Shown piece by piece: positions 9,049-17,651 of a stretch of 64,000 nucleotides of DNA (its first letter is position 1; every line of letters begins with the position of its first letter). The notes beneath the pieces are model-generated. The model was not told the origin of the DNA. It did not search any database and saw nothing but the letters and a program-made list of their open reading frames with translations. The position numbers were made by a program, and so were the translations under genes. This DNA comes from a virus: the IMG/VR virus record IMGVR_UViG_3300025118_000006, positions 1 to 64,000 of that record. One strand, 5' to 3'.

Positions 9049-9318
9049 ATGACTAAGCGAAAAGCAAAATTGATTGAAGACGCTCGGGCCGCTGGCTTTG
9101 AGGTCAACGAGGGCACGCAAGGCGAGTGGCATTTCGAGCGATGGAGCAAACACAAGAAGTCTCGCTACGGCAACGGTGGCCCGCGACTTCTTGCCGGGAT
9201 GACTCTTTACGAGTATCCCGGCACTGCGATCTCAAAGATGTGCGACCTTGTCGATGCCATTGGCATTCAGAGTTATGCACAGATGCGTTCAGTGCTGGGC
9301 TTGGGCAAGGAGGTTTAA
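9049..9318 (+). CDS. early hypothetical protein
   Basis: ATG after the leader SD. Confidence 0.65.
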   Translation: MTKRKAKLIEDARAAGFEVNEGTQGEWHFERWSKHKKSRYGNGGPRLLAGMTLYEYPGTAISKMCDLVDAIGIQSYAQMRSVLGLGKEV

Positions 9319-9319
9319 G

Positions 9320-9592
9320 ATGACTATCGAAATAGAAACATACATCTTGGATGCAGACCGTGAAGAGTTGGAGGTCGTCGTTGAGGTGACCAAGTACAGC
9401 TACGACGGTGGCTACGCTGGCTACACTTACGGGCCTCCGGGGCAGTGCTATCAGGGAGAAGGCGCGACTGCTGAACTCGAAGAGTATGTCATTCGAGATG
9501 CTAACACGAGCAAGGTTATCGCATTGGAGCTTCAAGAAGAGGACCGTGCTTCTATCGAAGAGCGGATTTGTGAGATTGAGGCCGAGCGATGA
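9320..9592 (+). CDS. acidic hypothetical protein
   Basis: AAGGAGG SD; YGPPGQCY..E segment. Confidence 0.65.
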   Translation: MTIEIETYILDADREELEVVVEVTKYSYDGGYAGYTYGPPGQCYQGEGATAELEEYVIRDANTSKVIALELQEEDRASIEERICEIEAER

Positions 9593-9873
9593 AACCCTGT
9601 GCCTACGACCCTGCGAATGTCGAGCATTTGATTGCTGACCTTTCGACGAAGAGGGAGTGCTCAGTTTGCCACTCTCTCTTCGAGCCGGGGGAGCACTACA
9701 AGCGCGTGACCTGGGATAATGTAGCCGGTGTGGTGGTGAGCTTTTACCACTGGATCGGTTGCAGCGAGAAGGCCGAGTCTTCGGGTGAAGATTGGCTTCA
9801 TGAGAATTGTTCAGGCGACCCGAAGAACATTGAGGCCGCCGTTGATTTTGTTAAGAAATTGCAAGGAGATTAG
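9589..9873 (+). CDS. hypothetical zinc-binding protein
   Basis: CxxC...HxxxC; coupled ORF. Confidence 0.6.
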   Translation: MKPCAYDPANVEHLIADLSTKRECSVCHSLFEPGEHYKRVTWDNVAGVVVSFYHWIGCSEKAESSGEDWLHENCSGDPKNIEAAVDFVKKLQGD

Positions 9874-10310
9874 TGATGATTAAGAAGTTTACAGACGAAG
9901 AAATTAACGCAGTTGAAGAGTTGTCACTGAAGATGTCGGCTGCTGCACGAAGCCTGAACGAAGAGATAAAGGCGTTCAATCGGGTGATTGCGAATCGATA
10001 CGTTGAAGTTGAGCTTGAGCGTGAAAAGTACGAGAAGCTTGTAGTTGAGTCGCGCAACCTCCTCGCGAATCTTTGGGGTCGAGTTTTTCACACGGTTCGG
10101 GAGGCAACAGAGTTGAATGGTCCGAAGTGGATGCGAACCGACGAAGGCCAGAACCTCACGTACTGGATGGACCTGCTGAATCACCACTTTGAGGTTGAGG
10201 AATTGGAAGTCCACACGCCGGGTGTTTTTCCAGAGATGCAGCCGCAAGAAGACCTCTCGCACAACCTTGACGTGCCGATGTCGCTTGAGGAACTCGCAAA
10301 CAGGTTTTAG
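9873..10310 (+). CDS. hypothetical coiled-coil protein
   Basis: AGGAG SD; W..T.EGQ....W motif. Confidence 0.65.
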   Translation: MMIKKFTDEEINAVEELSLKMSAAARSLNEEIKAFNRVIANRYVEVELEREKYEKLVVESRNLLANLWGRVFHTVREATELNGPKWMRTDEGQNLTYWMDLLNHHFEVEELEVHTPGVFPEMQPQEDLSHNLDVPMSLEELANRF

Positions 10311-10311
10311 T

Positions 10312-10340
10312 TTGACGCCAGCGACCGGCTGGCTTATCTA
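10312..10340 (+). promoter_or_regulatory. sigma70-like promoter
   Basis: TTGACG-17-TATCTA immediately after the stop codon. Confidence 0.55.
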
Positions 10341-10345
10341 ACGTG

Positions 10346-10438
10346 TACTTCGCTGGGTCAACCGTTGCGGGGTACCGAAGGGGTCTGCGCGGGTTCTCCA
10401 ATCTAAGAACGTCACAACCGCGCAGGCCCTCTTTTTTT
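10346..10438 (+). ncRNA. candidate sRNA / attenuator RNA (sRNA-E) antisense to early-operon leaders
   Basis: 13-bp stem 10380-10392/10418-10430 plus T7; 10395-10415 is the reverse complement of leader B at 18 of 21 nt. Confidence 0.65.
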
Positions 10439-10455
10439 CAGGGAAGGACACACAC

Positions 10456-11844
10456 ATGGACCCAAAAGCGTTTCCAAATTCGCTACAGGCTGAGCAGGCG
10501 ATTTTAGGCACAGTATTATTAGACCCTCAAACATACATTCTCATTGGTGAGAAGATATCCCCAGACGATTTTTTCAAGACCGCACACGGTGTCATTTGGC
10601 AGGCCGTCAAGAAGGTAGTGAAGGACGGTCGGAATCCAGACGCTACCGAGGTTATCGACCGGCTAACCCTCGCACATGAACTCGATGTTGTCGGTGGTGC
10701 GACATACGTGATGGAACTACTTGACCATACGTGCGTGCCAGTCATCGCTGAACAATATGTAGACATAATCAAAGCGCATTCGCTTCGTAGACAATTAATC
10801 CTAAACGCACACAAAATTGCGAAGGCTGCTAGGACCGAAGAGGCCCCGGACTCCGTTGCGGCAACCGCGATCCAATCGCTCTTGACGACCGTCGAGGACC
10901 GGGATGAGCCCGAGGCCAGACCAGCCGCCGACATCGTTACCGAGCGCCTCGCTAAAACGAAGGAAGCATTGGAACGAGAAGAGAGCAGCATCGGAATTCC
11001 TAGCGGTTACGATAAGTTAGACGAACTCACTCTTGGATTTCACGGTGGAAACTACATTGTAGTGGCGGCTCGACCGGGAATGGGAAAAAGCGCGTTCGCC
11101 CTAAGCCTATCGCTTAACGCAACACGAAAAGATAGATCTGTCGCATTCGTGTCCCTTGAGATGTCCGAAGAGCAGATGGCAGACCGGCTCATGGCGATGG
11201 AGTCGGGTGTGTCTATGCAGAACATTAGGCGAGGGGATATCAGCGAATACGATGTTGGTAGACTTGAGAAGGGCGCTAGGAATATCCAGCCTCTCCCGCT
11301 GTACATCTCAGTCCAGACCAGAATCAATATCGATGGGCTTAGGATGTTCGCTCGTCGAATGAAAATGCGTAACCAATGTGACATGCTTATCATCGACTAC
11401 CTCCAGCTAGTAATGCCCAGGAAAGGCTTTGGCAATCGAGAACAGGCGGTAGCTGATATGAGCCGGACCATCAAGGCTATCGCTCTTGAGCTAGACATCC
11501 CCATCATCGCGCTGGCTCAACTTAATCGTCAGGTTGACGGGAGGGCTAGTAAGCGGCCTATACTCTCGGACCTGCGAGAGTCTGGCTCAATCGAGCAGGA
11601 TGCTGACGCCGTTATGTTCCTGTATCGAGATGAGGTCTACGACCCGAATACTCAGGACAAAGGGAAGGCTGAAGTTATTGTAGCAAAGCAGCGCAATGGC
11701 CCAACCGGAATCGTCACACTTGACTTCGATGCTGAACGTAACATTTTTAAGAACGAGAATCCTTACATTCCAAATCATTCCTATTCACACACTACTACTA
11801 CCCAGGCCCAAGTTTGGGCCAATCGCTATGGAGATGACAGATGA
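10456..11844 (+). CDS. dnaB: replicative DNA helicase DnaB
   Basis: AEQAILG N-domain, AARPGMGKS Walker A, SLEMS, IIDYLQL, LAQLNR, DLRESGSIEQDAD, KQRNGPTG. Confidence 0.97.
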   Translation: MDPKAFPNSLQAEQAILGTVLLDPQTYILIGEKISPDDFFKTAHGVIWQAVKKVVKDGRNPDATEVIDRLTLAHELDVVGGATYVMELLDHTCVPVIAEQYVDIIKAHSLRRQLILNAHKIAKAARTEEAPDSVAATAIQSLLTTVEDRDEPEARPAADIVTERLAKTKEALEREESSIGIPSGYDKLDELTLGFHGGNYIVVAARPGMGKSAFALSLSLNATRKDRSVAFVSLEMSEEQMADRLMAMESGVSMQNIRRGDISEYDVGRLEKGARNIQPLPLYISVQTRINIDGLRMFARRMKMRNQCDMLIIDYLQLVMPRKGFGNREQAVADMSRTIKAIALELDIPIIALAQLNRQVDGRASKRPILSDLRESGSIEQDADAVMFLYRDEVYDPNTQDKGKAEVIVAKQRNGPTGIVTLDFDAERNIFKNENPYIPNHSYSHTTTTQAQVWANRYGDDR

Positions 11845-12320
11845 CCCAGCCAATTGACCTTTCACCAAGACCCCAGCTTTCACCAGAAGAGGCCGCAGTC
11901 GTAAACGCAGCCCAACAGCTTGTTCCTATCTACCAAAAAATGGCCGAAGCGGGACTCGTTGACGGTGAAATAACACTGAACGCCATCGTGCTTACAGCTA
12001 CCCGAATCGGTATCGACACGATGATAAACCACGCTATTTCGCAGGGTTACATGGAAGACCCTCGCGTTGCCGCAGCCGCCGAAAGCGCAAGCAAAGAGGG
12101 CTACATGGGTGACCTTGAACGGCGCGATACCGAGGCCGCCAACCAGACCGAAGAGGAAGAGGCCATTGCCGAAGCCGATGCCGATGAGCTTATGGAAATG
12201 GACAGCGATGCCGTTGAGGAGGCCGCCAAAGACCTGTGCCCACCGACTGACCTTGCAGAGCTTCCAGAGCCCTCCGAGGCACTTTCACAACCGCTTGACA
12301 ACGTGGCAGAGCAAGCGTAG
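11841..12320 (+). CDS. acidic hypothetical protein
   Basis: ATGA coupling to dnaB; GGAG SD. Confidence 0.65.
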   Translation: MTQPIDLSPRPQLSPEEAAVVNAAQQLVPIYQKMAEAGLVDGEITLNAIVLTATRIGIDTMINHAISQGYMEDPRVAAAAESASKEGYMGDLERRDTEAANQTEEEEAIAEADADELMEMDSDAVEEAAKDLCPPTDLAELPEPSEALSQPLDNVAEQA

Positions 12321-12390
12321 AAACGAGTGATGGGCGGTATGCGTGGGAAGGGACGCGCCGCCCATCACTACAAGCTAAATGAGGTAAGCC
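12295..12390 (+). promoter_or_regulatory. promoter and structured 5' UTR of the initiator gene
   Basis: TTGACA-17-TAGAAA; hairpin 12326-12369 with loop GGGAAGGG; SD TGAGGT at 12380. Confidence 0.65.
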
Positions 12391-13476
12391 ATGACCAGCG
12401 AAAAGGTATGTGTTTTTCGGCCCTGGAGAGCGTTTCAGGGGGCACACATCCCGATGGTCATCCTAACTGCTAACGACCTAAGCCCAGGCGCAAAGTTGCT
12501 ATGGGCGTTACTAGCTAAATATGCCGGGGAGAACGGTGCAGCGTACCCCAAGCAGCGCAAACTAGCCGAAGACATGGCCGTGAACATCAAAACCCTACGC
12601 AAGAGGCTCGAAGAGCTAACCAGCAAGGGCTACATAGTTCAAAGTAGAGACAGGGGTGACCGACGGGCACACAAGCCGTTTAATTATCAGTTCATCTGGA
12701 GAGACGAGTTTGAACCCGGACTTTTAAGGCCGTTGTCGGCATTGCGCCGGGTTGAAGTGGAGGTCCATAGGGATGGTACTCCACTCGAAGTCCACAAGGG
12801 TGGCACTCCAGAAGAAAACCCCACGGGTGGACCTCCAATCGAGAGCCCCACGGGTGGTACTCCTATCGAGTACCATACGGGTGGTACTCCAGAGCAGAAT
12901 GAGTTGCCTGAAATCGAGGCCCTCGAAAACCATACGGGTGGACCTGCGGATGTCCATACGGGTGGTTCTCGAATTAATAGGAGTCAAGAGATTCAATTAA
13001 GAGAATTAGAACAAAACCCCCTAACCCCCTTGCAGGGGGAACCTTCGGCTGAAGATGATTGGCCGGGTTTTCCATTTGAAGAGATACGCGAAGCGTACAA
13101 CTCTGTAGCGAAGGTCGAGGGGTGGGTCGTGATGCGTAAGCGCGAGCGTCCACCCAGGGGTAAGCGTGAGCATAAAGTCATCCGAGAGTTGCGTGCCCAG
13201 TGGAAACGCCACAAATCCTCTGTATGCGAGGTTTTGGATGTTTCGGGTACAGAATGGTTCGAGAGGTACTTTCAGGCGTGTAGAGGCTATGTTACGTGGG
13301 ATTGGAGGCCACATCTTGAGTATTGGGCGAGGCTAGATACAGAGGAGGCTATTTTGGACCGCAAGAATAGTGTCTCCCAATTTCCTTCTTCTTCTGGTAG
13401 ACTGGGGGCAGCTTATCAATCGCTTATGAACGCTGCCGACCGAGTAACTGAGATGCAGGAGAGTGAAAATGGCTAA
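12391..13476 (+). CDS. phage replication initiator (N-terminal wHTH, internal iterons)
   Basis: LSPGAKLLWALL....AYPKQRKLAEDM..N.KTLRKRLEEL..KGYI; central repeats; NPLTPLQGE linker. Confidence 0.8.
   Translation: MTSEKVCVFRPWRAFQGAHIPMVILTANDLSPGAKLLWALLAKYAGENGAAYPKQRKLAEDMAVNIKTLRKRLEELTSKGYIVQSRDRGDRRAHKPFNYQFIWRDEFEPGLLRPLSALRRVEVEVHRDGTPLEVHKGGTPEENPTGGPPIESPTGGTPIEYHTGGTPEQNELPEIEALENHTGGPADVHTGGSRINRSQEIQLRELEQNPLTPLQGEPSAEDDWPGFPFEEIREAYNSVAKVEGWVVMRKRERPPRGKREHKVIRELRAQWKRHKSSVCEVLDVSGTEWFERYFQACRGYVTWDWRPHLEYWARLDTEEAILDRKNSVSQFPSSSGRLGAAYQSLMNAADRVTEMQESENG
12757..12968 (+). repeat. about seven iteron-like repeats (27-nt period, core CMYACGGGTGG), probable replication origin
   Basis: Repeats read directly from the sequence, followed by an AT-rich stretch at 12970-13017. 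Confidence 0.75.
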
Positions 13477-14005
13477 CCCTAGAACCATAGCTTCCGCGAT
13501 AACACGCCTAATTGCAGCCGGGTTTAGACCTCCTGCGGGCATAGATATGAACGATCAAGAAGGTCAGACTGCCTTCATCGCTGTTTGGTCTGATGCGCTT
13601 TCAGACATCGAAGACCACGAGTTGAATTCGGCGGTGCGAGCTTTTATTAAAACATCGATGGAGCCTTGGTTCCCGGTGCCCGCAAAGTTGAGGTCGTTGG
13701 TACCTCGCGTGAGTCTGTCGATAATAGATGACTCAGCAGATGCTTTTAGTGAAGTGCTGTCTTTGGTTGGTCGCTTCCACCACTACAAGCACCCGTCGCT
13801 TAAAGACTTGGATACGAATCCAATCCGCGCTCGCGCAAAGTCGAGGGCCATTAAGTCTGTTGGTGGTTGGGAGAGGATATGTGAAAGCAGGTCAGGTGAC
13901 CGTGCGCTCATGTCAGCTTTTCGCCAGTCGTATAAGACATCGGCTGCTGCTGCTACAGCTACAGCCTTGGAGAGTGGTGGCTCGAAGATGTTGGGAGTCG
14001 GCTGA
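13469..14005 (+). CDS. helicase loader/inhibitor-like protein
   Basis: Directly after the initiator; W...L.D......AV...I......FPVPA.L motif. Confidence 0.6.
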   Translation: MANPRTIASAITRLIAAGFRPPAGIDMNDQEGQTAFIAVWSDALSDIEDHELNSAVRAFIKTSMEPWFPVPAKLRSLVPRVSLSIIDDSADAFSEVLSLVGRFHHYKHPSLKDLDTNPIRARAKSRAIKSVGGWERICESRSGDRALMSAFRQSYKTSAAAATATALESGGSKMLGVG

Positions 14006-14370
14006 TGGTTGGAAAGGATTCTTTCGCAATCGTAAAAAAAGTTGCGCTTTTGGCCGCAATTCTTGGGGTGTCGGCTGTAAATTCGAGCTATTCGCACACT
14101 TCTTGGCACGATGCTTACGTTATGCATAAGTGCGAAACTTGTCCAGACTGTTGCGTATCCGCGCACAAAGAAGAGCCAATGGATATCGCGTGCAGTTTTT
14201 TGATGGACCTCACAGCCCCTTATCCAATCGATACCGCAGATTGGTGTGACAGACCTGGGTTCATGGAGCCGGATCAGCGGGTGTGTTGTGTTTGGGACGA
14301 AGAGTATATGTGGTGCACGGGCATTCAGAACCCATGTAGCGGGTGGGAGTACATTGAAGATGGCTGTTAA
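14005..14370 (+). CDS. Cys-rich protein with predicted signal peptide
   Basis: KKVALLAAILGVSA followed by about ten cysteines. Confidence 0.55.
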   Translation: MVGKDSFAIVKKVALLAAILGVSAVNSSYSHTSWHDAYVMHKCETCPDCCVSAHKEEPMDIACSFLMDLTAPYPIDTADWCDRPGFMEPDQRVCCVWDEEYMWCTGIQNPCSGWEYIEDGC

Positions 14371-14929
14371 GAAGACACCAGCGAAGCGAAAGAAGAAGGT
14401 AGTTCAGAAGCGGAACACAGGCCGAAGAACAGCCGCCGAGGTTGAGATTCTGAAGTCGCAGGCGAAGACCGCAATTCTCCGAGGTGCCACCGCACATGAA
14501 TGCTGCAAAAATATGGGCGTGGACCGGAACACCATGAACAGGTGGCTCGTAGACATACATGCTGAGTGGAGCCAGAGTGTAGAGCCGGAACGATTAGAGG
14601 CCGAGCGAGCGCGACTGATAGCAGAGGCAAGGGAGGTTCAAAGAGACGCTTGGACCTTCGCCAATTTATTGATTGATGAAACTCAGGCCAGAGAAAGAAG
14701 GGGCTGGATGGGGTTGGTGCTGGCAAGCATCAAGCAGCAGTCGGAATTGCTTGGTCTGAATAAAGTTAATATCCAGGCTATAAGCACAGAAATCAACATG
14801 CAGCAAAACAACATAAACCAAGCCGACATGAGGCTACTCGACAAGATACCAGACAACGTGCTAGACAGCCTGGGTACCGCAGTAGCGAGAGCCATGAGTG
14901 ACAACGTCGTTGTCCTCGACACAGATTAG
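14360..14929 (+). CDS. terS: terminase small subunit-like protein
   Basis: Basic N-terminus, HTH (GATAHECCKNMGVDRNTMNRW), helical core ending in ELLGL. Confidence 0.55.
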   Translation: MAVKKTPAKRKKKVVQKRNTGRRTAAEVEILKSQAKTAILRGATAHECCKNMGVDRNTMNRWLVDIHAEWSQSVEPERLEAERARLIAEAREVQRDAWTFANLLIDETQARERRGWMGLVLASIKQQSELLGLNKVNIQAISTEINMQQNNINQADMRLLDKIPDNVLDSLGTAVARAMSDNVVVLDTD

Positions 14930-15169
14930 GCGAAAAGGCTTGCTACGACTGGTTGACCGGACTGGGTAGCTGTGATTCGTATTGTCCACCCGGTTTAAGC
15001 TTGCACTCGTCCTTGTGTGGGCTGGCCAGAGGTATCTAACTCACTCCTTCAAGGTCCATTTCTGGTTGGAACGCTAGTGAGTCAGTCGCATTGCCCAAAG
15101 AGGCCCCGGCCTTCGAGGGTATGCGTACATTTTGGTGACTTGCGGGCTCACCTCTTGTAGAATTCGAGT

Positions 15170-15496
15170 ATGAGCCAAGACTTGCTAAAAGAGCTATTGG
15201 ACTTTGGCGCACTGGGAATCTTCGCTGGGTTTTTGGTGTGGCAGCATCTCGGAATGCAGAAGCGGCTGGACCGTTCGGTTGGTGACTTTCACGCAGGACT
15301 AAAGCGTAACACCGAGTTCTTCGACGAGCGCACAAAGATGATTAGTGACCGACACGACGCTGCAATCGGCGCAATGCGTGAAGATCATCGTGCGGAACGC
15401 GAGAGGCTAGAGCAGAAGGTTTCAGAGCTTCAGCGCGATCTTCTAACTAGAGAGCGAGAATCGTTGATGCACTTTAAGTTAAAAAGAGATTCGTAG
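15170..15496 (+). CDS. membrane-anchored coiled-coil protein (holin-like), probably leaderless
   Basis: Single TM segment FGALGIFAGFLVW; GTGACT-17-TAGAAT ends 6 nt before the ATG. Confidence 0.65.
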   Translation: MSQDLLKELLDFGALGIFAGFLVWQHLGMQKRLDRSVGDFHAGLKRNTEFFDERTKMISDRHDAAIGAMREDHRAERERLEQKVSELQRDLLTRERESLMHFKLKRDS

Positions 15497-15587
15497 AAGT
15501 GTGTTTTTAAGCACATTTTCTGGCTTATATTTTATAGACAGTCTGGGTCTACGCGGGTACCCTCCGTGGGCACTCGATGGAGCAACA

Positions 15588-15659
15588 ATGGAAGTTCTCG
15601 AATTCTACAGCATGTGCCTTTGGGTCGCAGTCCTTCATTGCTTAACGGTCTGGAAATAA
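15588..15659 (+). CDS. 23-aa hydrophobic peptide MEVLEFYSMCLWVAVLHCLTVWK
   Basis: GGAG SD; stop two nt before the next ATG. Confidence 0.35.
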   Translation: MEVLEFYSMCLWVAVLHCLTVWK

Positions 15660-15661
15660 AC

Positions 15662-15937
15662 ATGGAAGCAAACCTTGGAAACCGAGTGCAAGGAATCATC
15701 GTCGCACTCATTGTGGCCGCCATAATCGGTGGCTGGAACTGGATGCAAGATATGACGACGCGGGTTGCCTTGCTCGAAGATGACCTCACAGAAACAATAG
15801 AGGTCTTGCACACGATCAACAGACCTCTTCGCCAAAGGCCGAAGGCAGAACGCGACGTAGTCGAGCGCAAGCGTAGAAAGCAATCGAAGCGTGCAAAGCG
15901 CCGAAGCCAGCTAAAAGCTTTGAGTAACACCCCGTGA
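15662..15937 (+). CDS. small membrane protein with basic tail
   Basis: TM segment IIVALIVAAIIGGW. Confidence 0.55.
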   Translation: MEANLGNRVQGIIVALIVAAIIGGWNWMQDMTTRVALLEDDLTETIEVLHTINRPLRQRPKAERDVVERKRRKQSKRAKRRSQLKALSNTP

Positions 15938-16189
15938 CCCAAATCTGGGACTCGGCAACGTGGGTGATTCACTGGCAGGTTATCATCGGTAACATCGAGC
16001 CAGAGGCTATACCTATCGGGTATCTGGTTGATGCCCTCTACGGCACCGACTATCCGAGGGCCTAGAAGTGGTCGGCCAGGTCGCGATCATCAATCGCGCT
16101 CGTCTCTTCCGGTCCATTCATTCTATCCCCCTACAGAAGGCAACAGCCCCACCCAACAGTCCAACGTAAATAGGCGGGGCTGCGTGCCT

Positions 16190-16423
16190 TCATTCCTCGT
16201 TTCGTTTTTGAAGCTCTGAAATAAGCTCCGAGAATCCATCCAGTTCGTCATAGAGCTTACGGACCTTCTCTGCAAGCACCTTTGTTTCGTCTGTTAGTTT
16301 CCAGACTGCCTCTTGATGCTCTGCGTAAGTGTGTCCAATCGCAGCACAAAGCTGCTCAGTGGTTAGGTCACTGGGTATCTTTGCGGTACCGTCTTCGTCC
16401 ATAAATATTATCATTGCATACAC
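16190..16423 (-). CDS. hypothetical protein
   Basis: GAGGT SD; part of the leftward block. Confidence 0.55.
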   Translation of the reverse strand: MYAMIIFMDEDGTAKIPSDLTTEQLCAAIGHTYAEHQEAVWKLTDETKVLAEKVRKLYDELDGFSELISELQKRNEE

Positions 16424-16776
16424 CTCTCAGGTACGAAGAGTACGTCGCCAACCAACTCGAATCCGACCCGGTCGGATGCTGATAGGTTCGGGGGAAGCTC
16501 TTTGAGCCTGCCATCCTCGTTGAAGACCGCCACCCATCGAGGTGCGTACTTCTTGACCTCCACATAGCCTCCTACGTGCCTCTGAAGCTCGTCTAAGGCG
16601 AAGTGTTTGCCATCCACGGGTCGAACTATGTCTATCGAGCCAGTGGCTCGATAGAGGAAAGCCTCAGTCGATTTAGAACGCGCCATCATATCCTCCGTAA
16701 TCTTGTAACAATCTTTGCAGACCTCGTTACCAGCGGGGATGCGAGCCGCGCAACTAAAGCACACTATTTCTGCCAT
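16411..16776 (-). CDS. DUF3846-like protein with N-terminal zinc ribbon
   Basis: LDELQRHVGGYVE...NEDG...LPPN..AS...LVGDVL; GGAGG SD. Confidence 0.75.
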   Translation of the reverse strand: MAEIVCFSCAARIPAGNEVCKDCYKITEDMMARSKSTEAFLYRATGSIDIVRPVDGKHFALDELQRHVGGYVEVKKYAPRWVAVFNEDGRLKELPPNLSASDRVGFELVGDVLFVPERCMQ

Positions 16777-16778
16777 GA

Positions 16779-17228
16779 TTAACCTCCATCCGACTTGTAT
16801 TTTAACACCCCGAAGCGCAAAGACCACTCTTCTGTGGTCACTCGCTCTGGTAGCGCGTAGCGGCGGCCCTTGTAGTTGATGGCGATGATGTCACCGGCCA
16901 CTCCAACCGGATCGAACCGGATTGGCTCACCCTCGGGCACATCGATAGCCAGCGTTTTAAAAAGCTCTTCGACGTTGAGCCGATATTTTAGCTGCCTTGA
17001 AAGAGCCTCTCGCTCCGCGTACCGGCCTTCAAGCCGATTAATTAACTCATCTCTTTTACTCATTGCGCCCTTAGCCTCCGTGCTCGGGTTCATCGATAGC
17101 CTAAGCTTGTCGGCTATATAAAATTGGAGATCCGAGGTAAGGCTTTTTGGGATGTTGGCGACCGCCTTATCTCTGTCGTAGTCGTGTTCTGACATGAGTC
17201 GGTCTGCCCATATTTTATCTTCAGTCAT
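16779..17228 (-). CDS. hypothetical protein
   Basis: AAGGAG SD. Confidence 0.6.
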   Translation of the reverse strand: MTEDKIWADRLMSEHDYDRDKAVANIPKSLTSDLQFYIADKLRLSMNPSTEAKGAMSKRDELINRLEGRYAEREALSRQLKYRLNVEELFKTLAIDVPEGEPIRFDPVGVAGDIIAINYKGRRYALPERVTTEEWSLRFGVLKYKSDGG

Positions 17229-17242
17229 GATCGTTGTGCTCC

Positions 17243-17644
17243 TTACGCAAGACATTGTTCTTTTTCATCGACCCATGCTTCTGATCGAGGGGCCACCATC
17301 GCGGGCAGAACCGTGAGGCTCGGAAAGTGTTCAGCGAGGAAAGTGTCGATCACAGCCATCGCCGCTTCTTTTGTGTCTTCGATACCGCTGGTGCAGCGAC
17401 CATCGCCGTCGGGGCAGCTTTTGTAGCCCCAACCATTGGTTCCACCGTGCGCGTCTCCGAAGCCGCCTAACCAAGAGGTCACGATTGCGACCTGCTTCCC
17501 CATCCCATTGACTCGGACGAATTTCGGTGGATAAGAAGAATCGGGTGCCCACGGAAGAACCACCTTGGCTAAGACCTTCTGGGCTTCACGTATGGAACTG
17601 GGGTCTTGGGTGTCGAAGGATTTAAGGTTATTAGTGACCATCAC
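17243..17644 (-). CDS. hypothetical protein
   Basis: AAGGAGG SD. Confidence 0.6.
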   Translation of the reverse strand: MMVTNNLKSFDTQDPSSIREAQKVLAKVVLPWAPDSSYPPKFVRVNGMGKQVAIVTSWLGGFGDAHGGTNGWGYKSCPDGDGRCTSGIEDTKEAAMAVIDTFLAEHFPSLTVLPAMVAPRSEAWVDEKEQCLA

Positions 17645-17651
17645 AGCCTCC

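Noticed and set aside
10156-10401. Minus-strand 81-aa ORF as a fifth leader-driven early gene
   Set aside because: Its TTG start lies inside the SD-like block, there is no -35 element at the expected distance, and it overlaps a convincing plus-strand gene.
14940-15335. TAG read-through or an alternative genetic code for the minus-strand ORF
   Set aside because: Many clear genes end in TAG with the next gene adjacent (for example 25140 and 30912), and the standard code gives dense coding.
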